This document shows positions 55,199 to 64,000 of a stretch of DNA of 64,000 nucleotides, piece by piece. This DNA is from Candidatus Norongarragalinales archaeon. GTDB taxonomy: Archaea > Micrarchaeota > Micrarchaeia > Norongarragalinales > Norongarragalinaceae. A program made the translations under genes and the position numbers. Where the stretch lies: contig JAWABJ010000001.1 in NCBI GenBank assembly GCA_038884755.1, positions 96,001 to 160,000 on the forward strand, given 5' to 3'. The notes under the pieces are model-generated. The model searched no databases. It saw only the letters and a list, made by a program, of their open reading frames with translations, and was not told where the DNA came from. The stretch's first letter is position 1; the number at the start of each line of letters is the position of its first letter.

Positions 55199-56410
55199 TT
55201 ACAAGTATTGCTCGAGCTTTTCCGGGTTTTCTATATACGCTTTAACCTCTTCGATGAAACGCATTGCATCGCCGCCGTCCAAAACGCGGTGGTCGAAGCC
55301 TAGGTCGAAGCGCATTATTTTTCTCGCAACTATCCTGCCTTCGAACACTACGGGCGTGTCGCGCATTTTGCTGAGTCCGATTATTGCAGACTCCGGGTAG
55401 TTTATGACCGGAGCGACTGCAACTCCCCCCAAGCTTCCGACGTTGGTAATCGTGAAAGTGCCGTCTTTCAGGTCTTCGAGCCTTATTTTCCTTTCGCGCG
55501 CCGCTTTCGCGAGGGTTTCTATTTCCGCGGCTATTTCCGGGATTTTCTTTTTGTCCGCGTTTTTTATTACAGGCACAACCAGCCCGTGTTCCGTATCCGT
55601 AGCAATGCCTATGTTGTAGTATTTCTTGAAAGCGATTTCCTGAGTTTCATTCAAAAACGTGGCGTTCAGCGAAGGGTGTTTTGCAAGCGTGAGGGCGATT
55701 GCTTTTACTATGAACGACAGGTAAGACGTTTTCAGTTCGGGTTTTTCCCTCTTGAGCTTTTCGCGCATTTCGTAGAGTTTCGTGAAGTCGAAGTCTTCGG
55801 ATACGCCTGCCTGCGGAACGGAAAGCCAGGCAGTCATTTTTTCCGCGATTGCTTTCCTCAATCCGCTCAGCGGAGTGCGTTCGACGGGTCCCGCGAATTC
55901 GACCTTTGGCTGTTGCGTTTTTGCCGGCTGCGCTTGCGCGGGGTTTTTCGCCGCGTTTTCAACGTCGGAAGGCATTATTCTTCCTCCGACTCCCGTTCCT
56001 TTCACGCTGTTCAAGTCCACGCCAAGCTTTTGCGCCAAAGCGCGTACTGCGGGAGTTGCTATTGTTTTCAACTCTCCTTGCGGTTGCGTTGGAGGTGCAG
56101 GCGCGGCTGAAGGTTTTGGCACTGCAGCAATAGAGGCTTGTCCTGCGTCAGGGTTTTCGGGCGCTTTCTCTCCCTTCTCTCCAATCGCTATAATCGTCTG
56201 TCCTACTTTGATCATTTCGCCTTGCTTGACGTAAATCTTGAGGACTGCGCCGGTTTGCGGGGAGGGCAGTTCTACAACCGCCTTGTCCGTTTCCACTTCG
56301 AACAGTGGTTCGTCTGTTTTCACAGCCTGCCCTTCGCTCACCAAAACTTTTACGACAGTCCCTTCGTGGATTCCTTCACCAACGTCGGGAAACTTGAACA
56401 AGTAAACCAT
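55199..56410 (-). CDS. pdhC: Dihydrolipoamide acyltransferase (E2)
   Basis: Lipoyl domain ETDKA, ATPAVR.LA binding domain, FDHRVLDG. Confidence 0.95.
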   Translation of the reverse strand: MVYLFKFPDVGEGIHEGTVVKVLVSEGQAVKTDEPLFEVETDKAVVELPSPQTGAVLKIYVKQGEMIKVGQTIIAIGEKGEKAPENPDAGQASIAAVPKPSAAPAPPTQPQGELKTIATPAVRALAQKLGVDLNSVKGTGVGGRIMPSDVENAAKNPAQAQPAKTQQPKVEFAGPVERTPLSGLRKAIAEKMTAWLSVPQAGVSEDFDFTKLYEMREKLKREKPELKTSYLSFIVKAIALTLAKHPSLNATFLNETQEIAFKKYYNIGIATDTEHGLVVPVIKNADKKKIPEIAAEIETLAKAARERKIRLEDLKDGTFTITNVGSLGGVAVAPVINYPESAIIGLSKMRDTPVVFEGRIVARKIMRFDLGFDHRVLDGGDAMRFIEEVKAYIENPEKLEQYL

Positions 56411-56445
56411 TTTTTTCTACACGCTCTTGCTTGCCTAATAGAAGA

Positions 56446-57420
56446 TTAGAATGACATTGCTTTTTCAACGTATTTGGCGATGCGCTTGGCGTTGGGCAAG
56501 TGGTAGTCTTCCATGCGCGCCAAGGGCACGGGCGTGTCGAAGCCCGTAAGGCGTAGCACTGGCGATTGCATGCTGAGCAAAGCTTTTTCTTGGACTATTG
56601 CGGCAATTTCCGCGCCGAACCCGCCTGTGCGCGGGGCTTCGTGAACCACGACTGCCCTGCCCGTCTTCTTTACCGAATTCAAAAGCGTTTCTTCGTCCAA
56701 AGGATTGAGCGTGCGCAAATCCACCACTTCGACGTCGTATTTTCCTTTGAGGTTTTCAGCCGCTTCCAGCGCCTGGTGGACTTGAGCGCCCCAGGCTATC
56801 ACGCTCACGTCGCTGCCTTCTTTTGCTATCGCCGCTTTTCCGATGGGCACAGTGTACGCTTCTTCGGGAACTTCGCCTTTAATCGCACGATAAATTTTTT
56901 TGGGTTCGAGGAAAACGACGGGGTTGGGGTCGCGTATTGAAGCGATCAAAAGCCCTTTCGCGTCGTAAGGGTTCGAAGGGCATACTGTTTTGCATCCGGG
57001 CATGTGCACGAAAAACGATTCAATGCCTTCAGAGTGGTGTTCCAACGCCCTTATCCCCCCGCCGTAAGGCGTGCGCAAGACCATTTGCATGTTGAATTTG
57101 CCGCGCGAGCGCCAGTGCAATTCTGACGCGTGGTATTTGAACTGGTGGAACATCATGTACGCGAAGCCGTCGAACTGCGTTTCGAGGATAGGCTTCAGCC
57201 CGCCGGCGGCCAAGCCCACGCTCAGCCCTGCGATTCCCGATTCTGCGAGTGGAGTGTCCATCACGCGTTTTTCGCCGTATTTTTGCAAAAGCCCGTCTGT
57301 CGCCCTGAATACGCCTCCGTTTATTCCCACGTCTTCGCCCAAAACCACCACGCTGGGGTCGCGTTCCATTTCAACTGCTATAGCATTCGTGATAGCCTGG
57401 ATTACCGTCATTTTCGCCAT
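56446..57420 (-). CDS. pdhB: 2-oxoacid (pyruvate) dehydrogenase E1 beta
   Basis: GEDVG..GGVFRAT, DTPLAE, EHHSE, DLRTL.P. Confidence 0.95.
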   Translation of the reverse strand: MAKMTVIQAITNAIAVEMERDPSVVVLGEDVGINGGVFRATDGLLQKYGEKRVMDTPLAESGIAGLSVGLAAGGLKPILETQFDGFAYMMFHQFKYHASELHWRSRGKFNMQMVLRTPYGGGIRALEHHSEGIESFFVHMPGCKTVCPSNPYDAKGLLIASIRDPNPVVFLEPKKIYRAIKGEVPEEAYTVPIGKAAIAKEGSDVSVIAWGAQVHQALEAAENLKGKYDVEVVDLRTLNPLDEETLLNSVKKTGRAVVVHEAPRTGGFGAEIAAIVQEKALLSMQSPVLRLTGFDTPVPLARMEDYHLPNAKRIAKYVEKAMSF

Positions 57421-57434
57421 TTTTTTCTCTCACC

Positions 57435-57477
57435 TTTTTTCTTTACTGAATTTTTCTTTTTCGAAAAAGAAAAATTC
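57435..57477 (-). repeat. Dispersed palindrome-plus-tail element (copy in pdhA-pdhB spacer)
   Basis: Perfect 30-bp palindrome 57448-57477 plus AGTAAAGAAAAA tail; matches tRNA-Tyr intron 1 at 46579-46618. Confidence 0.75.
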
Positions 57478-57478
57478 C

Positions 57479-58558
57479 TTAAATCCCCTCGTTCAAAAAC
57501 TCTTCCAAAAGCGCGTTCTGCTCTTTTTGCTGCGCGGGCTGTTCGCCAGCCCAAATGTGCTTGAGCAAATCGCGCGGGTTCAATTGCTTGACTTTTTCTT
57601 CGGCTTTGGCGACCGCGTCTTCGATTTTCGCGTTGTTGTCTTCCGAAACTTTCTTCGCGTAGTCTTCGTTCCACAATCCTTTCTTTGCGAGATACTTTTC
57701 AAAGCGCGGGAGCGGGTCTTTCGCCCTCCAGGCTTCCGACTCTCCCGCAGGCCTGTATTTGGTGGGGTCGTCTGCGGTCGTATGCGAGAGAAACCTGTAC
57801 GTGAGGCACTCCAAGAGCGTTGCGCCTTCGCCTTTGCGAGCCCTTTCCACGGCTTGTTTTGTTGCGCTATAAACTGCAAGCACGTCGTTTCCGTCGACTT
57901 GCATTCCTTCGATTCCGAACGCGATTGCTTTCTGCGCGAGTGTTTTCGACGCGGTTTGCAGCCGCAGCGGGACGGAAATGGCGTAGTAGTTGTTTTGGCA
58001 AAGGAAAACCGTGGGGGTTTTGAATACGCCTGCAAAGTTGAACGCTTCGAGCGCGTCGCCTTCGCTCGTAGCCCCGTCTCCGAAGAAAGGCATTGTCACG
58101 CCTTTCTTTCCGGTGTTTTTGAACGCCAAGCCCATTCCCGCCGCGTGAATCAAGTGCGTTGCGATCGCAATCGTTAGGGGGTAAATGTTTTTTTCTGTGC
58201 GTAGCCCTTCCTCGCTTCCCATCCAGTACAAAAACATGTTTTCCAGGGGCATTCCCGCGCAGATCATCGCAGCGTGTTCTCGGTAAGTGGGGAAAATCCA
58301 GTCTACGCTCGTGTCCAAGGCAAAAACGCTTCCCACTTGCGAGGCTTCCTGCCCTTCCATTTGCGCGACCGTAAAGCTCCTCCCTTGGCGCTGCAAATTG
58401 AACGCCTTCTTGTCGAACGCGCGCGCCAAAGCCATTTTCTCGTACATTTGCTTGAGCGTGTCGTTGGAAAGCTTGGGCTCTAGCGAAGCGTCGGCGTTGC
58501 CGTCCACGTCGACTATCTCGAGCTTTTTGATTTCAAAATTCATTTTCGTTTCAGGCAC
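57479..58558 (-). CDS. pdhA: 2-oxoacid (pyruvate) dehydrogenase E1 alpha
   Basis: LQRQGR, GQEA, GDGATSEGD...QNN TPP motif, HTTADDP..YR. Confidence 0.95.
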   Translation of the reverse strand: MPETKMNFEIKKLEIVDVDGNADASLEPKLSNDTLKQMYEKMALARAFDKKAFNLQRQGRSFTVAQMEGQEASQVGSVFALDTSVDWIFPTYREHAAMICAGMPLENMFLYWMGSEEGLRTEKNIYPLTIAIATHLIHAAGMGLAFKNTGKKGVTMPFFGDGATSEGDALEAFNFAGVFKTPTVFLCQNNYYAISVPLRLQTASKTLAQKAIAFGIEGMQVDGNDVLAVYSATKQAVERARKGEGATLLECLTYRFLSHTTADDPTKYRPAGESEAWRAKDPLPRFEKYLAKKGLWNEDYAKKVSEDNNAKIEDAVAKAEEKVKQLNPRDLLKHIWAGEQPAQQKEQNALLEEFLNEGI

Positions 58559-59453
58559 TTGCTACCACCATTTGTTTTTCTTTCAACGCTTTCACGAACA
58601 ATTCTCCTGCCTTGTAAGAACTGCGTACGAACGGTCCTGACGCACAATAGAGAAAGCCTTTTTCCAGCGCTTTTGTCTTGAACCAGCCGAATTTTTCTGG
58701 CGCGACGTATTCGAAAACCGGAAGCTCGCGTTCTGTCGGGCGCAAGTATTGGCCGAAAGTGATGAAATCGCATTTTACGCTTCGCAAGTCGTCCATCGTT
58801 TTCAGCACGCTTTCGTCCTGCTCTCCCATTCCCAGCATTATCGAGCTTTTCGTGAATATGGTCGAATCCATTTTCTTCACGTTTTCCAGCACGCCGAGGG
58901 ACTGGGCGTAGCCGGCGCGCATGTCGCGCGCCACGCGCTGTAGTTCTTCGACCGTTTCAACGTTGTGCGCGATGACGTCCGGCTTTGCTTCGACAATCGT
59001 TTTCAGGCACTGTTCGTCGCCGCGGAAATCCGGAATCAGCACTTCAACCAAGACGCCTTCACAGTGCTTGCGTATTGCACGAATGCATTTGGCGAAATGC
59101 TCGGCCCCTTGGTCCGGCAGGTCATCACGGTCCACGCTTGTTATGACGACGTAGTCCAAACCCCACTTGCGTACTGCTGAAGCTATTTTCCAAGGTTCGA
59201 GGACGTCGATAGGCTGTCCTTCGATTCCTTTGCCCACGCTGCAGAAATGGCATCCTCTGGTGCATATGCTTCCTAAAACCATGAACGTTGCAGTTCCCGA
59301 GCTCCAGCACTCGCTCGCGTTGGGGCAGTGTGCTTCTTCGCACACTGTAACCAAGCCCAATTGCCTCAGCGTGGCTTTTACGCCTTCAAAATTTTCTTTT
59401 GGAGGGCGTATTTTCAGCCACGAGGGCTTTTGTTCCGCGTAGTGGGTTTGCAT
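58551..59453 (-). CDS. lipA: Lipoyl synthase
   Basis: KP.WL, CEEAHCPNASEC, CTRGCHFC, GQYLRP, RSSY. Confidence 0.97.
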   Translation of the reverse strand: MQTHYAEQKPSWLKIRPPKENFEGVKATLRQLGLVTVCEEAHCPNASECWSSGTATFMVLGSICTRGCHFCSVGKGIEGQPIDVLEPWKIASAVRKWGLDYVVITSVDRDDLPDQGAEHFAKCIRAIRKHCEGVLVEVLIPDFRGDEQCLKTIVEAKPDVIAHNVETVEELQRVARDMRAGYAQSLGVLENVKKMDSTIFTKSSIMLGMGEQDESVLKTMDDLRSVKCDFITFGQYLRPTERELPVFEYVAPEKFGWFKTKALEKGFLYCASGPFVRSSYKAGELFVKALKEKQMVVASA

Positions 59454-59563
59454 ATCCTTTCTTTCAGTCGAACAAATCTTTTAACTGTTTTCGGCATCGC
59501 CAATTGTCGTTCGTTTCACTATGCTTTTATTCAAGCGCAAGCCGAATTTTTACGCTGTTGGAA

Positions 59564-59713
59564 ATGGATTTCACGAAAATAATGGAGTGGGACGAACTGC
59601 GCATAGTGTTGGGAGTTTTGCTAATGCTTTTCGGCCAGTTCGACATCGGGTTTTGGGTCGCGATTTTGGGTTTGTTCATGTTTCTCACTACCGAAGGCTA
59701 CTTGAGCTTTTAA
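59564..59713 (+). CDS. 49-aa small membrane protein
   Basis: MDFTKIMEWDELRIVLGVLL...; two short hydrophobic segments. Confidence 0.55.
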   Translation: MDFTKIMEWDELRIVLGVLLMLFGQFDIGFWVAILGLFMFLTTEGYLSF

Positions 59714-59763
59714 AACTCCAGCGGTTTTTTAAACCGCCTTTCTTTAAGAGTAGGGAGGGTGTT

Positions 59764-60120
59764 TTGTCGTTGGTTCATTTGGAAGCAGCAGATGCTTTAA
59801 TCCAGGAAGTGAGCCTGGTTTTGAGTGCGGTCGTGCTGGTGTTTTGGGTTTCGTATTCGCTCATGCTGTACCACCAGTTGAAGCGAGGCACGGTGCGGAA
59901 GGACTGGTGGCTGTCCATGGTGTTCTACATAGGCATAGGCCTGCTCGTGCTCGCGAATTTGCTTCTGGCTTTCAGCCAGCTTTACCACACGCCCATAGGC
60001 GAGCGCGTTTCCATCGCGGTGAACATGGTTTCCATGGTGGTTTTCATCTTCGCTTTCTATTTGCGAATGAAGTCTTCGCTGGAAAACCACTATTCCCCTT
60101 CCTCGAAAAAGCGCAGGTAG
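59764..60120 (+). CDS. 3-TM membrane protein, hypothetical
   Basis: TTG start after GGAGG; three hydrophobic helices. Confidence 0.65.
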   Translation: MSLVHLEAADALIQEVSLVLSAVVLVFWVSYSLMLYHQLKRGTVRKDWWLSMVFYIGIGLLVLANLLLAFSQLYHTPIGERVSIAVNMVSMVVFIFAFYLRMKSSLENHYSPSSKKRR

Positions 60121-60259
60121 GTTTAAAGTTTGCGGCGCCGAAATAAGCTTCGGAATTGGATGGGGGAGCGCAAGGGCAGTGCCTTTAACAAAGGTTTTTA
60201 AAGCAGTTTTGGCTTTATTATAAAGTCGAGTGTTTAGAGTATTCTCTTTAGGTTTTGGG

Positions 60260-60487
60260 ATGGATTCTGCCTTCACCCACTATTTGGTTCCAAAAATGGA
60301 GAAGATTGGCGACAAGGAACTAGCAGAGCTTTTGCAAAAGATGCATTGCACGAAGGAAGACTTGCCTTTGATAAACTTTTCAGACTCGGGTTTGAAGGGA
60401 TTGGAAGTCAGCGCGGGGGACGTCGTGAAAATAACCCGCGACGAGAAGAAGAAGGAATTCTACTACCGCCTGGTAGTCGAAGATTGA
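60260..60487 (+). CDS. rpoH: RNA polymerase subunit H (Rpo5)
   Basis: HYLVPK, LP.I..SD, GDVVKITR, YYRLVV. Confidence 0.93.
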   Translation: MDSAFTHYLVPKMEKIGDKELAELLQKMHCTKEDLPLINFSDSGLKGLEVSAGDVVKITRDEKKKEFYYRLVVED

Positions 60488-60557
60488 AACTGCGTTTGCA
60501 GAGCATTGGCGCGTTCGGCCGCACAGGCCGCGTGCGTGAATAAGGGGTTGCCTGGGT

Positions 60558-62024
60558 ATGTTCAAGCAAGTTTCAAGCGCGTTTTTGAAGGAAAACACTA
60601 TCGTAGACCAGCACATCGAGTCTTTCAACAACTTTGTCGAGAAAACGATGCAGGACATTGTCGACGCCCAGCGCGTTATCGAGCCGCAAGTCGAGGGGCT
60701 GAGCGTGAAGCTGGGCAAAATCCGCGCGGAAAAGCCCATGGTCGTGGAAGGAGACGGGTCGAGGAGGCCGTTGTACCCGCTCGAAGCGCGGCTGCGCGAT
60801 TTGAACTATTCCGCGCCTTTGTTTTTGGAAATGACGCAAGTCGTAAAGGGAATAGAAAAGAGGACTGAAGACGTTTACGTGGGCGAGCTGCCCGTGATGC
60901 TCAAATCGAGGCTATGCTACCTGCACGGGCGCAACGCGAAGGAACTGCAGCAGATTGGCGAGGACTCGCAGGATGCGGGCGGCTATTTCGTGATAAACGG
61001 AACGGAAAAGACGCTGATGATTCTCGAGGATTTGGCGCCGAACCGCATTCTCGTTTCGAGGGAAAAGGAAACGGGTTTGGTTCAGGCGAAGATTTTCTCG
61101 ACGCGCTCCGGTTTCAGGGGGCGTTGCACGGTCGACAGGACGAAGGAAGGGCTGTTGGGCGTGACCATGCCTTCTTACAACAAGCCTTTGGAACTCGTGC
61201 TTTTGCTTAGGGCCTTGGGGCTCGTCGATTCCGAAAGGATTGTGGACGCGTTTTCTTCCGCTACCGAAGTGAAGAACGACATCCAGCTCAACCTCGAGGA
61301 CAGCGTTGAAATAAAGAGCAAGCGCGATGCGCTGGAAACGATCGGAAAGCGCGCCGCTCCCGGCCAGCCCGTCGACTATCAAATAAAGAGGGCCGAAGTT
61401 TTGATAGACCGTTATTTGCTGCCGCACATCGGCATTGAAGAGAAAAACCGCCTGGCGAAGGCTTTCTTCTTGTGCAGGATGGCCGAGCGCGCCATACTTG
61501 TTGCTTACAAAAAGCGTCCGGTTGACGACAAGGACCATTATTCCAACAAGCGTTTGAAGACTCCCGGAAAATTGATGGAGGAAGTGTTCCGCTACGCGTT
61601 CCAGTTTCTCGTGAAAGACGTTGCGTACCAAATGGAACGCGCTAACGTTCGAGGGCGCAGGATGACTATGTTTGCCATAGTGCGTCCGGACGCGTTGAGC
61701 GACAGGATAAAATATTCGATGGCAACTGGCAACTGGGTGGGCGGCTATACAGGCGTGTCGCAGCCTTTGGACCGTTATAATTTCATTTCAGCCGCGGCTT
61801 TCTTGAAGAGAGTGACTTCGCCTTTGGCTAAAAAACATCCGCACTACAAGGCGCGCGACTTGCACGGCACGCACTGGGGGCGATTGGACCCGAACGAGAC
61901 TCCTGAAGGCCCGAACTGCGGCTTGGTGCGCAACTTGTCCTTGTATTCGGAAATAACTGTTGGTGCGAAGACAGAGGAAGTGGAGAAAGTTTTGAGCAAG
62001 CTGGGAGTTTCGATGAACGTTTAA
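60558..62024 (+). CDS. rpoB2: RNA polymerase subunit B'' (Rpo2N)
   Basis: QHIESFN.F, P.EARLR.L.YSAP, GGYF.ING.E, ARDLHGTHWG, ETPEG.NCGLV.NL. Confidence 0.97.
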   Translation: MFKQVSSAFLKENTIVDQHIESFNNFVEKTMQDIVDAQRVIEPQVEGLSVKLGKIRAEKPMVVEGDGSRRPLYPLEARLRDLNYSAPLFLEMTQVVKGIEKRTEDVYVGELPVMLKSRLCYLHGRNAKELQQIGEDSQDAGGYFVINGTEKTLMILEDLAPNRILVSREKETGLVQAKIFSTRSGFRGRCTVDRTKEGLLGVTMPSYNKPLELVLLLRALGLVDSERIVDAFSSATEVKNDIQLNLEDSVEIKSKRDALETIGKRAAPGQPVDYQIKRAEVLIDRYLLPHIGIEEKNRLAKAFFLCRMAERAILVAYKKRPVDDKDHYSNKRLKTPGKLMEEVFRYAFQFLVKDVAYQMERANVRGRRMTMFAIVRPDALSDRIKYSMATGNWVGGYTGVSQPLDRYNFISAAAFLKRVTSPLAKKHPHYKARDLHGTHWGRLDPNETPEGPNCGLVRNLSLYSEITVGAKTEEVEKVLSKLGVSMNV

Positions 62025-62033
62025 GGTGGAAAC

Positions 62034-63845
62034 ATGAAGCACGCTGGGGTTTTTGTCGACGGGAAGTTCGTGGGTTTCGCCGAGAACGGCGAGAAGCTCG
62101 CAAGGGAATTGCGGGAAATGCGCAGGGCCGGCGACGTGCACTCGCAAATCAACATCGCTTTTTATGCGAAAACCAACGAGGTTTTCATAAACACCGACGA
62201 GGGCCGCGTGCGAAGGCCTTTGATCGTGGTGAAAAACGGAAAGCCGTTGCTTTCGAAAGAGCAGGCTGACAAGCTCGAGAAAGGCGAATTGCATTGGAAG
62301 AACCTGGTGGAACAGGGGCTGATCGAGTTTTTGGATGCTGAAGAGGAGGAGAACGCTTTCGTGGCGCTTAAGCCGGAAGACGTCACGCCCGACCACACGC
62401 ACTTGGAAATAGACCATTCTATGATTCTCGGCTTCGCTTCTTCGCAGCTTCCGTATCCCGAGTACAACATGGCGCCCAGGGTTTTGATGTCGGCGCAGCA
62501 CGCGAAGCAGAGCTTGGGCCTTTATGCTTCCAACTTCAATTTGCGAAGCGATACGCGCGCGCACGTTTTGTTCTACCCGCAACAGCCGTTGCTGCAAACC
62601 AGCGCGTACCGCAACTTGCGCTTGAACAAGCGGGCTTCAGGCCAAAACCTCGTGGTCGCCGTCCTTTCCTACAAGGGCTTCAACATGAACGACGCGGTGG
62701 TGTTGAACAAGACGAGCGTCGAGCGAGGCATAGGGCGCAGTGCTTTCATACGCACTTACGGCGCCGTCGAAAGGCGTTATCCAGGCGGGCAGAAGGATTC
62801 GTTCGGGATTCCCGAAGAGTACGTGCAGGGTTTCCTCGGGGAAGAGGCTTACGCTCATTTGGACGAAGACGGCTTTGCAGCGCCTGAAACTGTGGTCAAA
62901 GGCAACGCCGTTCTGGTTGGAAAGTCTTCGCCGCCCAGGTTTTTGAAGGAAATTTCGGCTTTGGAAATGGAGAGCGAACGCAGGCGGGAGTCGAGCGTAA
63001 CCGTGCGGGGCAACGAAGAAGGCACTGTTGATGCGGTTATTCTGAGCGAAACGACTTCCGGGAACAAGATGGTCAAGATTCGCGTGCGCAACACCAACAT
63101 TCCTGAAGTGGGAGACAAGTTCGCTTCGCGCCACGGGCAAAAAGGCGTTGTTTCCATCCTCGTTCCGCAGGAAGACATGCCTGCCACGAAAGACGGGATT
63201 ACTCCCGACTTGATAATCAACCCGCACGCAATTCCCGGCAGAATGACCGCCGGGCATTTGCTTGAAATGCTCGGGGGCAAGGCGAGCGCGTTGAAGGGAA
63301 GCATAGGTGACGCGACTGCGTTTTCCGGAGATAAGCAGGCGGATTTCGAGAAAGTCTTGCTGCAAAACGGTTTCGAGGCTGCGGGGCAGGAAGTGCTTTA
63401 CGACGGCAAGACCGGCGAACGCCTGTACGCAAAGATTTTCATGGGAGTAATTTACTACCAACGCTTGCACCATCTGGTTTCCCTCAAGATGCACGCTCGC
63501 TCGCGCGGGCCGGTGCAAATGCTCACCCACCAGCCGACCGAAGGCCGCGCTCGCGAGGGCGGATTGCGTTTGGGTGAAATGGAAAGGGATTGTTTCATTG
63601 GTTACGGTGCAGCGTCGCTTTTGAAGGAAAGGATGATGGACTCGAGTGACAAGACTGTGGAGTTGGTGTGCGCGAATTGCGGTTCGCTGGCGTATACCGA
63701 CAGGCAGAAGAACAAGAGCTATTGCGCGTTGTGCGAGAGCAGCGACATACAGCCTGTCGAAATGAGCTACGCGTTCAAGCTTTTGCTTGATGAGATGAAG
63801 TCCATAGGAATATTTCCGAAACTGCGTCTTGGAGACCGGGCTTAA
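62034..63845 (+). CDS. rpoB1: RNA polymerase subunit B' (Rpo2C)
   Basis: GDKFASRHGQKG, NPHAIP.RMT, YYQRL.H.V, GGLRLGEMERD, C-terminal Zn ribbon. Confidence 0.97.
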   Translation: MKHAGVFVDGKFVGFAENGEKLARELREMRRAGDVHSQINIAFYAKTNEVFINTDEGRVRRPLIVVKNGKPLLSKEQADKLEKGELHWKNLVEQGLIEFLDAEEEENAFVALKPEDVTPDHTHLEIDHSMILGFASSQLPYPEYNMAPRVLMSAQHAKQSLGLYASNFNLRSDTRAHVLFYPQQPLLQTSAYRNLRLNKRASGQNLVVAVLSYKGFNMNDAVVLNKTSVERGIGRSAFIRTYGAVERRYPGGQKDSFGIPEEYVQGFLGEEAYAHLDEDGFAAPETVVKGNAVLVGKSSPPRFLKEISALEMESERRRESSVTVRGNEEGTVDAVILSETTSGNKMVKIRVRNTNIPEVGDKFASRHGQKGVVSILVPQEDMPATKDGITPDLIINPHAIPGRMTAGHLLEMLGGKASALKGSIGDATAFSGDKQADFEKVLLQNGFEAAGQEVLYDGKTGERLYAKIFMGVIYYQRLHHLVSLKMHARSRGPVQMLTHQPTEGRAREGGLRLGEMERDCFIGYGAASLLKERMMDSSDKTVELVCANCGSLAYTDRQKNKSYCALCESSDIQPVEMSYAFKLLLDEMKSIGIFPKLRLGDRA

Positions 63846-63855
63846 GGGTGGAAAA

Positions 63856-64000
63856 ATGAAGGTCGTAAAAGCAATTGGTTTTTCGATATACTCGCCTGAG
63901 AACGTGCGTAAGATGAGCGCCGCGAAAATCACCGTTCCAGACACTTACGACGAGGACGGCTACCCCATCAGCGGGGGCCTGGCAGACCAGCGCTTGGGCG
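63856..64000 (+). CDS. rpoA1: RNA polymerase subunit A' (Rpo1N), 3'-truncated by window edge
   Basis: MKVVKAIGFSIYSPENVRKMSAAKITVPDTYDEDGYPISGGLADQRLG. Confidence 0.95.
   Translation, partial: MKVVKAIGFSIYSPENVRKMSAAKITVPDTYDEDGYPISGGLADQRLG

Noticed and set aside
60558..63845. Split rpoB as frameshift or pseudogene
   Set aside because: B''/B' split with its own SD and start is a normal archaeal arrangement

Overview
Gene-dense archaeal chromosomal segment, most consistent with a DPANN archaeon and probably Micrarchaeota-like. This assignment is an inference from the streamlined packing, split RpoB, S-layer N-terminus and T-loop tRNA introns. The housekeeping backbone comprises: csl4-rpoL-signal peptidase-PCNA-priL-priS-GINS-L44e-S27e-aIF2alpha-Nop10-PAC2-prs; endonuclease Q; purL/purQ; an ArvABC(OapABC)-like small-GTPase operon; pyrG; the S-layer gene; serS; pyrH; ppsA; the L15e...Pop5-psmA-SBDS-rrp4-rrp41-rrp42-L37ae superoperon; three tRNAs (two with non-canonical introns); trxB; ogg; a lipoate ligase/LipA/2-oxoacid dehydrogenase cluster; and rpoH-B''-B'-A'. 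The most notable observations are: (1) an unrecognised six-gene operon (20681-22521) divergent from the S-layer gene, in which four small two-helix membrane proteins share motifs and look like diverged paralogs; (2) a ~45-nt palindrome-plus-tail repeat present both inside tRNA-Tyr introns and in intergenic spacers; (3) a class III (pilin-like) signal peptide fused to a clan-A glycoside hydrolase with an inserted carbohydrate-binding module; (4) a RelA/SpoT-type HD hydrolase inserted in the PCNA-primase cluster. No transposase, integrase, CRISPR array or rRNA was recognised. All family assignments are from motif recognition by eye, without database searches.
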